Positions 1-16,397 of a DNA stretch of 64,000 nt are shown piece by piece. Origin of the DNA: Octopus sinensis (taxonomy: Eukaryota); contig NC_043008.1 of NCBI RefSeq assembly GCF_006345805.1, forward strand, positions 27,094,001 to 27,158,000, written 5' to 3'. The translations under genes and the position numbers were made by a program. How positions within the stretch are numbered: position 1 is the first letter of the stretch; each line of letters starts with the position of its first letter. Under the pieces are notes generated by a model, which saw nothing but the letters and a program-made list of their open reading frames with translations, made no database searches and had not been told where the DNA came from.

Positions 1-900
1 ATGAGTTCTCACTCGTGGCCGAGGAAGAAAATAACTGGCCATTGCCGATGCAAAATTCCTGCAATGCCCGTTCATGAGGATAATGCACTAACAGTCAGCT
101 TTCGCCGGGTTTGAGTCCGCGGCTTACTTACTCATCGTGCCGTCCTCGTACAAATTCGGTCATCGGATGGTCACCTCGACGACGATTACAAAACCCAAAG
201 TTTTCGACCCATTTAAGCTTATGTCCATATATACACCACCTCAAATCCCAGATTATTCTCTCTACCTTATCATGGTTCATAGTTTGTGGGGCTTCCTCGT
301 AAAACAGTAATCCTCTTGTTTGTAATTTATATTGCATGGAATCTTCTTCTTTATAATACCTCGTTACTCAATAGGTTCTCAGAAGTAATCTTCTCGTTGT
401 AGAACTTTTATACCTCATTTGCCCATTATGTAAATTCATTATGATTCCTCCTACTTGTGTTTAAGTTCTTTACTTATTAGCAATACAAGCAGCATTTTCT
501 TTCTCCTTTCTTTCACTTTGTATCATTTTCTCCTTACCTAACATACCTTCCACACTTACTACCATCACCCCCAACCTTTTTTCTGCACTGCTTATCTCTT
601 CCATTCTCTCTATCCTTAACTGATTTACTGTTTGCTTAGGAAGATTCCCTTGACCTCGAGTGACCTCCACCACCATCTGACTTTTACTCTCTCCTCTGTC
701 ATACTCTTTCTATTTCTTCTGTTCTACTTCTCTTCATTCCCTCTATATCGTAGAAATCTCCCTACTTCTTTCTTCTTTTGTACCTCTGTCCTTTCCTTCC
801 TATGCCTTAGATATCATCCTCCCTCTTCCTGCCTGTAATTCTTATTCTTTTCCCCTCTTCCTTCCTTCAAGCGTTAATATTTTTGGCACTACTATATGAA
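1..900 (-). mobile_element. Degenerate Ty3/gypsy-like pol fragment (RNase H end, integrase H2C2, start of rve)
   Basis: Minus-strand translation with stops: STI*RE* (cf. RNase H STIERE), VTRGQGNLPKQTVNQL (cf. YxPGxxNxxADxLSR), NHDKVERIIWDLRWCIYGHKLKWVENFGFCNRRRG (integrase zinc-finger-like), HERALQEFCIGNGQLFSS (cf. PERPWQEISID.IGPLP). Motif order fits gypsy. Recognised by eye only. Confidence 0.45.
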
Positions 901-1212
901 CCGCTTTTGCCACAACCTTCACTAGCTGAGCGGAATCGGACTTATTGTAATATCTCCGTGTGACTGTTTACTGGTTGCAGGCCCAAGAACTTTTGCACAT
1001 TCGATCTGCAGGTTATGATTATTACGATTATTACGTAACAGCGAGGTTATGAAACAGTTATCTACTTAAGAAATTGTGTAGTATTCTGTATTTTATGTAA
1101 ATATATATATACAAATGTAAATATATTCATACACACATACATACATATATACATACATACATACATACATGCATACATACATACATACATACATGCATAC
1201 ATGCATACGCGC

Positions 1213-1392
1213 GTGTGTGTTTATGTCTGTGTCTTTGTTTGCCATCCACCACAGCTTGACAACCGGTGTTGGTTTGTTTACGTCCCAGTAACTTATCGGT
1301 TCGGCAAAAACGAGTAACATAGAATAAGTACCAGGCTTGACAAAGAAAATAAGTACGTGGGTAGATTTATTCAACAAAACATTTTCACAGTC
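1213..1392 (+). mobile_element. SINE family A, 3' half
   Basis: Matches the post-microsatellite half of the copy at 1445-1853 (GCTTGACAACCGGTGTTGG...GTAACTTA.CGGTTCGGCAAAA...GAATAAGTAC). Confidence 0.8.
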
Positions 1393-1444
1393 TAATGAAT
1401 TAAACACGTAAAAAGTAAAAACTAAATAAATAAATATGTATAAT

Positions 1445-1585
1445 CGCTGTGTGGTAAGTAGCTTGCTTACCAACCACATGGTTCCGGGTTCAGTCCCACT
1501 GCGTGGAACCTTGGCTAAGTGTCTTCTATTATAGACATGTGAGTGGATTTGGTAGACGGAAACTGAAAAAGCCGCCGTATATATG

Positions 1586-1625
<40 letters not shown>

Positions 1626-1853
1626 CGTGTGTGTATATGTTTGTGTGTCTGTGTTTGTCCCCCCAACATCGCTTGACAACCGATGATGGTGTGTTTACGT
1701 CCCCGTAACTTAGCGGTTCAGCAAAAGACACCGATAGAATAAGTACTTGGCTTACAAAGAATAAGTCCTGGGGTCGATTTGCTCAATCGACTAAAGGCGG
1801 TGTTCCAGCATGGCCACAGTCAAATGACTGAAACAAGTAATTGAGTAAAAGAG
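1445..1853 (+). mobile_element. tRNA-derived SINE family A, full length
   Basis: A-box-like GCTGTGTGGTAAG, B-box-like GGGTTCAGTCCC, internal (CT)n(TA)n tract, 3' end GGCGGTGTTCCAGCATGGCCACAGTCAAATGACTGAAACAAGTAA. Homologous copies at 5327, 40394 and 48264. Confidence 0.9.
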
Positions 1854-1973
1854 CAAAGAAGAAAAGAGAGAGAAAGTAAAATAATTTTTAAAAAGGCGAT
1901 TGTTACAGCTTGGGGAAACGGAGTGATAATCTTTTGATTGTTTACTTGAGGTGATAGGCCTTTTACCTGAGGT

Positions 1974-3018
<1,045 letters not shown>

Positions 3019-3049
3019 TGTATATAATATATATATATATATATATATA

Positions 3050-3110
<61 letters not shown>

Positions 3111-3296
3111 GCCTTGAATGTAATGATATATGAATAATATATGGCGTGTACTGGTACACCGGCGATTATAATTAATTTTATTGTATCGCATTTAACTTTG
3201 TTTATATATATATGTATATATATGTATAAATGTATATATATATGTATATATATATGTATGCATACAATGATATAAATAATATATATATGCATATAT

Positions 3297-3925
3297 GGGT
3301 ACAGGACGTAAGTAAACACCATGAAATACGAAAACAAATTAGTTAAATACGCAAATAGCGTGAGAAAAACTGGAAAATACAAAGAATACAAAGAACGACC
3401 CATCATCCGGTGAGCCATTGTCAGCTGTCTATCCATTCCACATTTCGAGCAATCAACGACAATATGAGTCTTCGAAGACAGTTGCTCCCATAAATACCAA
3501 AATAAAATTTTGCATTTAAGGAGGGTCAAAGTTAGGAACAAGAACAGGACAGTGGAGACATGTAGGGAAACCGAACGAAAACAAATATGTACGGTTGTTA
3601 GACCTGAACGAGGTAAAAGTAGTGAAGGCTGAGAGAAATATTTTCTTTGAAAAGAGAAATAATAGAAGAAAGTGATAGGAGACGTCCAGTCCTTAGAAGG
3701 TTCGTGCAGAAAAGAATGATGGTCACGTGAGGGAAAGAAAGATGGACGATGGTCCCGTGCGAGCAACGAGAGAGAAAAGGAAAAAGAAGGTGAGAGAGAC
3801 AGAGACAGATAGAAAACGGTGAAAGGGAGAAGAAGGAAATTAAGTTGGGGGTAAAACAGTATAGAGTAGAGTCGCATGTAAAAGGTTAAGATAAATTTAC
3901 GTGTAAATGAATACGTGGCGTTCAA
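3297..3925 (-). repeat. Dispersed non-coding repeat (family shared with 43750-44160)
   Basis: Reverse complement aligns with 43750-44160 (GAGCAACTGTC.T.GAAG.CTCATATTGTCGTTGA.TGCTCGAAATG; TTTGACCCTCC.TAAAT). Confidence 0.7.
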
Positions 3926-3965
3926 TTAATTAATAATATAAATAATATATATATGCATATATATA

Positions 3966-5248
3966 TTAGGTTGGCAACTAAGTTTCCGTTGCTTTTTTTG
4001 ATTTTTTAAAAGGTTTAATAAAAAATAACAACTAATTAATCAAATATATATTCACCCTTGCTGTTTACAACTTCTTCCCAACGTTCAACAAGATTTTCAA
4101 TACCTCGTTGGTAGAAATCACCCGATTTCGACTCGAAAAATTGATCCAACCAAGCTCCCAATTCTGCATCAGTAATGAAAGAAACTCCGCGCATAGCATT
4201 TGAAAGAGATCAAAAGAGGTGGAAATCCGTTGGTACCAAGTCAGGAGAGTATGGCGGGTGTGGCGGCACATCCCAGCCTTGAGTTTGAATGGCTTCATTG
4301 ATCATATTGGCGATATGAGGGTGAGGGTTGCCATGCAGCAGAAGAACTCCATGCTGCCGATTAGGTCTTTTCTCTTGAATAGCCGTGGTGAGTCGTTCCA
4401 TCTGTTGAACATAGAGTTCCGCGTTGACCGTTTCGTTCGGTTCAAGCAATTCGTAATGGATAATCCCTTCCCAGCTCATTATACGCATATTCTTTCACGC
4501 GGATGAGGATCTTGTTTTACGCGCTATGTCACTAGTTTCCCGGGACTAAGCCATTCCTTACGAAGCTTCATATTGATGTACAGGCACCATTTTTCATCGC
4601 CAGTAACGATTCGGTAAAGAAATCGTTGCTTGTGTCGATGAGTTGAGCGGGGACGAGAAAGCAAAACAGTGGGGATTGTGGCTCATCGATTTTTGTTGTT
4701 GTCACGTAAAGCATGCGGAACACATGCTCCATACTTCTGAAACTTTCCCATCGAGTGAACATGCTTCTCTATAGCAGTGTTGGAGCATTCCATTTTCTCT
4801 GCCGGTCCCCTTGTCGTTTTACGAGAATTTTCGTGCAAAAGTAAGTTTAATCGCTCTTCATCGAACTCAACTGAACAGCTAGAACGAGGTGCGTCTTTGG
4901 GTCAAAATTTTCATTTTTGAACTTGGCATACCAATCACGAGCGGTTCTTTTAGTTATGGCACCCTCTCCATACACAGCAGAAAGGTCGCGAGTAGCTTTT
5001 CCGGCTTTAGAACCTTGATTAGAAGCAAAAAGAAAAAGGCGTCGAAAATGGTCGTTTTTCTTAACTTGACATTCCATTTTAATGATCTGAGAATAAACAA
5101 AAATTAACTAAAATTCACACGAAAAAATACAAAATAGACTCCAAAATGATTTATAAATAGAATTCTTGAGAAAAATAGATTCCAAAATTTCAAAACGCAT
5201 TCAATTTCAAAATTTAAAAAAACCGTGAGAACTTAGTTGCCAACCCAA
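3966..5248 (-). mobile_element. Full-length mariner (Tc1/mariner, D,D34D), ~1.28 kb
   Basis: TIRs TTAGGTTGGCAACTAAGTT / AACTTAGTTGCCAACCCAA, with TA on the left flank, enclosing a transposase pseudogene. Confidence 0.93.
4036..5077 (-). pseudogene. Mariner transposase pseudogene
   Basis: MECQVKKNDHFRRLFLF...TARDWYAKFK (HTH), SWEGIIHYELL, LLHGNPHPH (second catalytic D changed to G), HPPYSPDLVPTDFHLF, ending GEYIFD*. Several frameshifts and stops. Confidence 0.92.
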
Positions 5249-5326
5249 CATATGTGTATATATATATATATATTATATATAACGTGTATATATGATATAT
5301 ATATCCATCATTATCCGTTATATAAA

Positions 5327-5481
5327 GACGCAGGAGTTGCTGTGTAGTAAGAAGCTTGCTTCCCAACCATATGGTTCCGGGTTCAGTTGCACGTTGAGGC
5401 ACCTTGGGCAAGTGTCATCTCTTATAGCCACAGGCCGACGAAAGCCTTGTGAGACGGAAAGAAAGAAGCCCGTCGTGTGTG

Positions 5482-5542
<61 letters not shown>

Positions 5543-5750
5543 TATATATTGTGTCTGTGCTTGGCCCCCACCATCGCTTGACAACTGATATTAGTGTGTT
5601 TATGTCCCAATAACTTAGTGGTTCGGCCTAAGGGACGGATGGAATAAGACCTAGGCTTACAAAGAGCAAGTTCTGGGGTCAATTTCTTCGACTAAATGCG
5701 GTGCTTCAGCATGGGCGCAGTCAAATGATTGAGAGAAGTAAAAGAATATA
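5327..5750 (+). mobile_element. SINE family A, full length, diverged
   Basis: Head GCAGGAGTTGCTGTGTAGTAAG...GGGTTCAGTTGC, internal (TA)n, tail GCGGTGCTTCAGCATGGGCGCAGTCAAATGA. Confidence 0.85.
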
Positions 5751-5800
5751 AAGATATATATCTATATCCATCTATATCCGTTTTGAATTTTAGCGCTCGC

Positions 5801-5843
<43 letters not shown>

Positions 5844-6131
5844 AATATTAGGGAATAAATCCAAATTTACAGGGAAAAAAATCAGATTTAGGATTAAATC
5901 CAATTTTACAGTAAAATATTATAAAGTATTATTAGAGACAAAACCACTATTTTGCAAAACAAACAAGGAAAGACTTAATCAATACATAAAATTTTAATAA
6001 ATAGTCAAAAAAATTTTATTAAAATTTTATGTATTGATTAAGTCTTTCCTTGTTTCTTTTGCAAAATAGTGGTTTTGTCTCTAATAATATTTTATATATA
6101 TATATATGTATGTATGTATTATGTATGTTTG

Positions 6132-6162
<31 letters not shown>

Positions 6163-9100
6163 TCATATATTATTTGTATATATATTTACATGTAGATACA
6201 CATATCTATATGTACACACTAATATCTTTATCTATACAAATACAAACATCCACACACATGTAACTACACGCACGCACACACACACAAACACGTGCAAATA
6301 TGCTTTTAAATAGAATTATTTTCATGCGCCTAAGGTTGTCCTGCTACTATATTTACTTTATTCTGTAACATTCAGCCATAATATTTTCAAAAGTTCAAAC
6401 GTTCGAATCACTCTGACAGTGTTCCTGTATTGGTAATACTTAGAATTAATAATATAATTGCAGCATTCATAGTAAAATAACTTCAAATGTTCTATTACTT
6501 TTGCTCTCAATTCATAACTATTAATCAGCAGCAGCACCACCAACAAAAAAAACTATAAAAAGTAAAAATAGGCAAGGAGCGGATTTCTCTTTCATGAGTA
6601 TCGACCAGACATCATTCTTTGAACACACTTATCACTCTATAAACCTTTCACCATAAAATATAATGTTAACATATTTCACTTATACCTATATTGAATATCA
6701 ATTTATTTTGGAGGGAATCGTTAATAACGACAAAATATGTATTAATTCTTTACTGTATGCAATTGATGTATATTAGTAAGAAATGTGGAAGCAAATGCCC
6801 TAATCATTGAAGTAATTTCCTGGAGGGCCATATAAGCAAATTGGTTTCAGTATTCAGATGAAGCTAATTTACTTCGCTAATCTTGCTAATATTCGAAAAA
6901 CATGTCACTATTCAGTTTACTCTTCTATACACTTTACGTATAAACACATATATTCAAAAGAATTTGAGAAACTAATGGATATTTGTATCCCCCTGAGTTA
7001 CTATAATATAGAATATAATACTTTCTATATAAGATTGGCGAGCAAAAGAAATATCAAACATTGTGAACATAGTTCCTTAGCTACATTCAACAAGTATTGA
7101 ATCTGTCAATAGTATTTCGAAATTTTCTTTTTCCCTACATTAAAAGCATGTCATATTTATTACAGTGTCAAATAAGACTCACCCTTAATCTTTCATGAAC
7201 AATGGTATTTTTGTTAGTCTCTCATTTTAAATTCACAAAACAAAACGAAAATGCATCCCAAATACTATATTTTAACTATTCATATTAAAGAAAAGATTGT
7301 GAAACGCTTAGACATCTTGTGCATGACAATATTTGGTCAATGGTATTAACGAAACATTCAATGTGTTGAAAGAATTTTATTACAAAACCTGCTTTACTTT
7401 TCATCTTGATTTAATTTAGCTGCAGAACATACTTAAGCCTCGACATGTCTCCTCGGTCAGAGATGACTATGGATTTACAGTTGCTAAATTTAAATGCTTT
7501 AATCGCAAATCCAAACAACGCATTTTCTCCTTGATCTTTTTACTGTTACCATAATGGTATGATTCTTTTTCTTCGGAGGTAAATATATTCATGACACCTT
7601 TATTTAGCCATTATTTAGAGAAAACCCACTTGTCTCTTTTCTGCCTATGACCCTTGTTAAGTTCAGCCATTCAGCTTTTTCCACATTAATCACTATGTCG
7701 ACTCATATTTTTCCTTCTTATTTGTTGCAGGAATTCACATACTAAATTTGAAGTGTGGCATTATTGACATCAATCCCTCTAATCTAAGAAGGGACAACAA
7801 TAGCCTGTGAAGGCCATGGTTCCTGTTTTTCTTCTACATCCACTAATTAAGCTATAAAGAGGATAAATATATTGTAAAATATACTGTAAGCTTGCATCTG
7901 TAAGAATACATCCGTCACACATATAAGTAATTCGAAACTCAACAACATTTTTGGCATTAGATGCTTGCATTAATAAAAGATAAAACCTTTTGTTTTTGAA
8001 TCAGAAAAATGAAAGTTATCACGCTCATTCTTACATCACAGACATTAATGGGATAAATAATATAATTGCAGTTGTGAATTAAATCTGCTGTCACATAATA
8101 AGGGCTACTTTACAATATGACACTTAGTTAATCTGTACTACCTCTTGTTTTCTACATATTCCTCATTGAGAATAATTGTCTAAAACGTCTTATTTTTTGC
8201 GAACAACACGCTAAACACATTACATATTTCTTCCTCAAATAGTTGCACATCCGCAAAAGAAAAGAAAAAACAAAGCAAATTGAAATATATCGTTATTTCT
8301 TAACATTTTCAAAGAAACATTTTAAAATGGGCACTAACGGAAGACTATTCATTTATACACAGCAAAATTATTAATAATTTTTCGCTATAGACAATGGAGT
8401 ATCTGTGACTATGTTATAAATGTATGGCAAACTATCTTCAGACATTTAAACTCTGAACTGGACTAAAGTAGTTATTCCAAATGGGAGTAAAGCACCATAA
8501 ATTGCCTGCTACAATCTGTTCAAGAAAGCAATTATAATAATTATTATTAACTCTTAATTCCATTTCTTTTATCTCACATTTATTTAAACAATATGTGTGA
8601 CAGTATAGAGAAAAGCATTATCTCATACATAAAACTTCATTTTCTGAAGCGAGATTTCACCACTTCTTAGCGGATTTTCCTTCATTTGCATTTACTGTAA
8701 GTGTTTTCTTACAACTGCCAGCACGTTTCCAAGTAACACGTAGTTAAATTCATTTTATAATGTTTAGAATTTAATCAGGTAATAAATTTCGTAATATTTA
8801 AATACCTTTCAAATATTTATAAGACTACTGATATATTACTTGAGAAATTCTTGCGCTTTCGCTTTCGCTTATTATCGCAAATATTTTCAAATTATGTACG
8901 GTTTTACGGAATTTGTTTCATAAGATAACTACAAATATATATAAAATATGTCAGCATCTGAGTCTCTATAAATTTTCTTGAGTAAAAAAAAAAAAGATAA
9001 TATTAATAAATCTCATTTTCCAAGATAGTGGAACTTAGTTAATATAAATGACATTAAGGAACATTTTAAAGACAGGTCTTGCTTTATTAAAGAGCTATGT

Positions 9101-10979
9101 AAATTTCTGAAGAGATCAACCCTAGCTACATTTTCTGGTTTTTATTTACGAGAAAGATACAATAATTTGATATTGATTAATATTTTATATTTAAATTATC
9201 AACAAATAATTTAGTTTTGAAATTGGCCAATCTCTCAATATCTCTTTCCAAGTTGACGGAAAAATATCAAAGAATAAGAATCTGTCAAAATTTTTATTCG
9301 ATAATTACTTTCCCACTATTTTTGTATTTATAGTATTTAAAAACTCACTGACATTTATAGACACATCTAAATACGATTTTAAGGAATATAGAATAAAAAT
9401 TTGTCAAAGAGAGATAAAGATGATTCATTCTATTAGTCTCTTCACGAAACGTTTTGATCTTTTTTTTATATATATAATTAACTTCTGGTAGCATTTGTTT
9501 CCACCTGAAAATAGCTGGAAATTTTTTCAAACAAAAAAATTTAAGAAGATGGTAGTAATGATATGAGTAAATATTTTTGATAAGATTTTTCTTTTATTAC
9601 ATACATCATTTTGTCATATTCTTTTCGCCTTGAAAGTGATGTGTGATGTTGCTAACTAGACCCTACTCTCTCAACATAACTTAATTCTTATTTATTGTGT
9701 TTGGCGTTAATCGGAACCTATCCAGTATTTATTATCATACATTATCAGCTATCCCATTTCACATCTTTCTGAAAATCAACGATGAACAGTAAAAGTTTCA
9801 CAAAGGCAAATACACAGTATTTTGCTTTGCATATCGCAAAAGCATTTTATATTGTCTTTATAAATATCAAGGTAAGATATATAATTGTTTCTGATAATAT
9901 AAAACCTTTCCATCATATTCACCATCAAAATATATTGGCTAAACTGCCAAATGATGAATCATTCATATCTAGACAAGTGAATTAAAGTATGTTTAGGCTT
10001 TCTATTTTCGTTTACAGCCTACTGTCAATGCTCATTATAACACAGCACATTTTTTAACTCTGAAAAGTATTAGCTCTATAAATAAACCTAGTGCAAGGGA
10101 CAATAAACATTCATAAATTCAAATAATTACATGATTGCTTTTGTTAAAATCTCTTCTTACAAGAAAATTAGGTTGATTACGCAGCGCACATCACTGAGTT
10201 GTATACCATTATTATTTTGAAATAGTTATCCCCCTTTTTTGAGACAAACGGTCAACTGTTGCCGTTTAAACGTTTTAGTTTTGAAGCGTACAAAACATGA
10301 CGTGTTTCAAGGGATCTGCACGAAATCATGCTTTTGGAAAGCAAATGATAGGTACGTACGTGCATAACGTCAACATATGTGCTTAGAAGTAATATTATAT
10401 AAAGCAGGAAATTAACAAACATTTATCAAAATTCTTAATATTTACCCATAGATCTAATATGACATTGAATAACGATAAATGTTGATTTTAGACTCAGTCT
10501 ATTTGTATTCAAGGTAATGAAATTCGTTATAACGTGATGCATCCTTACAGCTTAAGCTCAAATCCATCAACGTAAGGCCTATTCCTACAAATAAACAATC
10601 TCCTTTCTTGTATAACTGGCTAATTCGCTTAATATTCTTATTGGATTCATCACTTCTCCGAAAGAATACAGCCTGTAGTCAATGGTCTTTTTTCCGCACT
10701 TAGAAGCTGTAACGACGATCACTGAGTTAAAAACGACTTCTATAAAGTCTCTGGAAAATGAAAGTAAACGAATAAACAACGTCTTTTAATTAAGATTTTA
10801 GGCTGTAGAATTCGTTTCTCTACCACTAATTTCTGTTTGGTTAATTTCCCTGTGTAATGGAAAAACAGACTTATACGATTCTTGAGGCCATCAAATATAA
10901 CGACACTGTTATCTACAACGTATTTCTATAGGATGTTCAACGTCCCAGAATGTGTGTATGTTTGTTTGTGTGTGTGTGT

Positions 10980-11036
<57 letters not shown>

Positions 11037-13109
11037 TACATAGCTGGAATATTGAATAAGAGCAGGCAATATAATAGTTTGTAATTACTCAATCTCCTTG
11101 GCAAACATTGGGCCATTCATCTTAATAGAAATATCGCACACTGGAATCAAACATGGGATCTTGTTTAAAATTTTTAGCTACAACGCAATTTCTTCGCATT
11201 TTTGGACATATACAGCATGAGACAGGCATCCTATGCTATATTCATTATCGCATACATTATATACTGTATAAACCAACAGACTAATTTTCAAATATATCTG
11301 TCATTAGGCACGTATGGTCTATTGTCAAAAGTGCACGAAATATTCAGGATTGCCGAACACAAGATGACGTTAGTTGTTAAACTATGTTGTTAAGCTCCTC
11401 TCATATTTCTTGTATATTCCCGAAAAGGTAAATATGATTTGTATTTGCGATAAGATCTGAATTTGCAAAAAGACAAACCTCGTTTTTCACTAGGCACCAA
11501 CGACTCCTAAAGAGATTGTTGAAGACCTCGAAGTAAAACCCTCTCCAACCAAGGAATTTAAACTCACCTTTTAATATTGTCCATAATGAAAATGTCACTA
11601 GGTATTTTTGAGATTATGAGATGATCTTTTGCTAAACGTGCAACATTTTTTTTTATGACTTATATTAAGTGTGTGGAGATGTTAGTAGTAAGTTGAAATA
11701 CTGCTCAAAGACAAGAATGATTAAAATTAATGCCAAAACAGAATGAAATTCAAGAACACTTATACATTTGCGTCTGCTTTCTATTTGACTTGTTAAAGTC
11801 TTTGAAACAGTGTCATCAGCTTGATTAGCAATTATTGACTGATATTTTCTGGCGATTCTGTTGATACTGATTTAATTTAGTTATGAAAGTTGCCTCGAAA
11901 CTTCATAGGAAACGATATTATCGTCTGTGATGCTAAAATATTTTGTGAAAATCAAATACATTAGCCAACAAGTCTCCTGCATGGGAGTTGGTGCCTGTTA
12001 TATGGTTGGTCGAAATATTGATTTTTAGAAACAATGTACAGCAAATGCTGGTCATTTCCTTATGTCTCTCCTTTGCATCGTTCACCATGAACTACTGTGT
12101 ACAGCAGTAAGCCTTACAGATTTCGAGGAGATATTGAGCATTATGACAAAGATAGATAATTTAATAGAAGCTCGTCTTTAAATAAACGTGAATGAAATTT
12201 ACTTTTATTTCAAAGCAAATAAGTCAATACAAATTTAGAAGAGTACGATGATTCTGTCGTACTAAACACTTCAAAGATTTGTTAAATGTTTGAGTAAAAT
12301 CAAACTAGTTTTGGTAACGAAAATGTAAGGGCCTCAATTTTAGTAAGCTAAATGATTTTGCTCCACACAGTACATTAATCACTTTCATTTCAGGGTAATT
12401 TTTGTATTTAAATGAAGTTATTATTAATTTCAAGGTTTGGAAAATTAAATGTTTCACTTGATCAAAATTTTGTGAATAAACTCACTTTATTTCAATTCAA
12501 ATTAAAATTAAATGTTCCTAGTACAACAAAATGGCAATGAGATTGTTTGAAAAAATCAACTATAAAAGTCCTCAACAACATTGCAGGTCGTTGACAGCCA
12601 TTTCTGTCTAGGTGATTCAGAGAGAATAATACAATTCATTGAGAATCCATCAAATTAAATTTCAGATTGTTAAATTCTGAGAATATAAAATTGCATTACC
12701 GAAAATTTTAGCTCTTTTAAAATTCTTGCAAAAATTCACCTAAATTCTGTCAATTAGTATATGGTAAATCTTGTTGTGAACATGAATTCTGTAAAAATGA
12801 GCAAGAGAAATAGAAATGAAGAGAAACTTAAGCAACTATATGATTGTACTCAGAAATAAATGTCATTAAAATAAACATATTTTAAATTTTAATTTAATTT
12901 TCCAAGTATTAAAACTATATTGTGAAAACACAACTCCTATCTTATTAGAATACGCTGATAATCTATAAGCAATTACCTGTAAATAATATATATCTATTTA
13001 AAGGATCTTGAATTTAATAGAAAGTTGCTTTTGAAAGTACAACAAAAGTGTTTGATAATTAATTGAAAGAATGTATATAATTGTGCGTGCAATATTAAGA
13101 GATAAGAAT

Positions 13110-13140
13110 ATAGATAGACAGACAGACAGATAGATGAATG

Positions 13141-13222
<82 letters not shown>

Positions 13223-13229
13223 CAGATAG
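13110..13229. repeat. (GATA)n/(GACA)n microsatellite
   Basis: Direct reading. Confidence 0.95.
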
Positions 13230-13761
13230 AGAATGAGAGAAGTTGCTGGCTGGAAATTTGCAAATGTAACCTTGGTGAAATATATGGGACTTGAACTTAA
13301 GGTGCGTGGCAAGCGGCAGCGTCGCTTCAGAAAAAAGCAAGGCATCGTAAAATGAAAGAAAAAAAACCTGCATTAAATCTTCCAAACTCGACTCATCATA
13401 TGATGAGACATTTGGAAAATTTAAAAGATATAATTATTAGATATGAACGTATTTATTTTATCACAGGTTTACAATGATGTTGAAACTAACTTCGATCGTG
13501 GTTTTCCAGAGATATCAATACTGTTTCACGGTTTTCAAGTTAGACGAGGAGCGTATTTCTGTTTTGTTTTTTACAAATATCGATAGTTTTCAGGAATGCT
13601 TTCAAATTTATGGAGATGATCCTGATTATCAACACATTACAAGTGAAGTAACTGAAGATTACGTTCTTCGTAGGAAAATGAAAGAATATAAGTAGATTGA
13701 GGAAAGAGGATTTACACTATGATCAACACCCACTGATATGAAAAATTTGAGGCACAACATA

Positions 13762-13975
13762 CGAGGGCTGAAACGTTTCTGGCTTAGAGGGTGACTCGAA
13801 AGGCCTAGTTGGAGGCCCAACCTTCCAAGTTCTTTTACTGGGGCTGAGAACAACTGAAGGACACGCGGCAATAAGTGTGTGAATTTGAGAGGGGAATATG
13901 TTGAATAAAATCTTAATTAACTGATCCTCCTGAATTTTCTTTCCCCCATAGCCAAGAACTTTTCAGTACCACTCA
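13762..13975 (+). mobile_element. 214-bp mariner-derived MITE
   Basis: TA-flanked imperfect TIRs CGAGGGCTGAAACGTTTCTGGCT / AGCCAAGAACTTTTCAGTACCACTCA; retains the mariner C-terminus RGNKCVNLRGEYVE*. Confidence 0.75.
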
Positions 13976-15312
13976 TATTTATATTTACATATACTTGACC
14001 TGATTCTCGAATCGCATGAACGTGCGTTTTAGAAGGTATAATTTACCTTAACTTTCACTGGTGTCTAAGGTCGAAGTTTGCTTACGAGATCTAAGGTATT
14101 TTGTTTCTGGTGAACTTTCATGACCCAAGAAAGTAGAGGTTGCAATGTTGATAGTAATACACAGTTTGCTAACAGAGGGGTATCCCTCTGGATGCGACCC
14201 GTTCCACCATATATAGAGTTAAAGGCCGAAATACTTAAGGAGTGGTATATTCTCTGAAGATAAACTTCTGTTTAACTCACCTCTAGACTTACAACCGAAA
14301 TTTTTTATCCCATCTTTAAAAGAATGTCTGTCTGTCTATCTACCAGTCTATCTGTCTATCTATCTTTTTATCTATTTCTATTTCTATTTACATCTATTTC
14401 TATTTCTATTTACATCCACTCATATACAACCGTACATACATACAGAGCCAGGATGACACGCACCGACACATAGATTGTGGTGTGCCCGTAGCCAGGCTCT
14501 ACAGCAAGCTTGCAATTAAGAATTCAGTCGATTTTGTTGATAAAACCAGTGAAGTCGATGGCTTAAACCGGTAAAGGAGTTAAGTATAAGCGCATGCATA
14601 TACGTACATGTACAAACAATATACGTTTATACACACGCATACATACAGATACATTTATAAATATATATACATTCATATGTACGCAAACACACGTATATTT
14701 AAGTATATGTACGCCTTCATCTGTGCATATATGTATATAGGTATGAATGTATATACATGATGAATTGCTACTAATAGAAAATATAATTGTTGCAGCAATA
14801 AAATTCATTCAAGAGGGAAGAATGATTTTCAGCATCAGTTCTTGCATCACCACTACCAGAGCACCATCACCATTACTTCTCATCCTCGTTCACATAATGA
14901 CTATCAAGAGCAACATCGCTACTTTTACTCTGGAGGCAAACGTAGAGACATATATAGATTTTTGGGAATTGAATATTTACTACTCGAAATTTGTTCTGTT
15001 TTAATCATTATTGTTTTAGTAGTAATCGTTAAAAGGACCATTATGCCACACATCACAACACATTTCTTCGGAAAATGCATTTGATTATATGATACTTAAA
15101 GGGCCAGTATTACTAATCTTTTGCATTGAAGCCAGCTTCAGTGAAGTATATTGTACAATATACATATAACATGCATGCATACATGCATATATATGTATGT
15201 AGGCTGCACAACGGCTAACCAATGTTTACAATACCATGTAAATCCATGTACGTCCAATTTCAATCGGATATTAAAACAATTTGCTCTTTTTTTCCGTTTG
15301 CGATTTTATATA

Positions 15313-15719
<407 letters not shown>

Positions 15720-15903
15720 TTAATATCCAGTAACGCTGCCGTAATCTCCTTTAGAGAGACTTAGTAATTTTAATATTTCTATTATATATATATATATAAT
15801 GACATTATTACACATAAATGCCACACGCTAGGAGGGACTCTTAAAGACAAAACTACTAAAATAAATAAACACATCGTACCGAAACCAACTCTCTGCATAT
15901 CAG

Positions 15904-15967
15904 TTGCATATCACACTGCGATTTCGTAATCAGTGCAGTGGTATACACTCCTTACTCCTCAGTGCAA
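15904..15967 (-). ncRNA. Type I hammerhead ribozyme, intact
   Basis: UUGCA CUGAGGA GUAA[22 nt]UUAC GAAA UCGC AGU GUGA U A UGCAA. Stem I 5 bp, stem II 4 bp, stem III 5 bp with one G-U, AUA triplet. Confidence 0.87.
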
Positions 15968-16397
15968 GCATAATTCAAGATTAATAATGAGTGATCAAAA
16001 ACAACATACCAGGCGAACAACTATCCTATCCAATGTAGCATGTAGAGTCCCTCCTAGTGTGTGACATTTATGTGTAATAATGCCCTCTATAAATATATAA
16101 ATATATTTAAGTGAAAAAATTGATGTATTTTTTCTCTTATGAGGTTTGTCCCGCTAACTACTTGACAAATTCTTATGAAGATTTTATCCTATTTTTAAAT
16201 TGTAAATTTAATCTGGGTATATTCAATACTGAATTTTTTATTCCGAATAAGCACGTGGTTACCGAAATGCAATTCGTAAAAGCCCACCATTTACATAGGC
16301 GTATAAGGGGTGAACATTTCTAAATGCGGCGTTGGATACGATAGTTGTTCGCCTGGTATGTTGTTTTCGTTCCTTCATTATAAATCTTGAATTATGC

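Noticed and set aside
13474-13695. 73-aa ORF after a strong acceptor
   Set aside because: No recognisable domain and no compatible neighbouring exon found.
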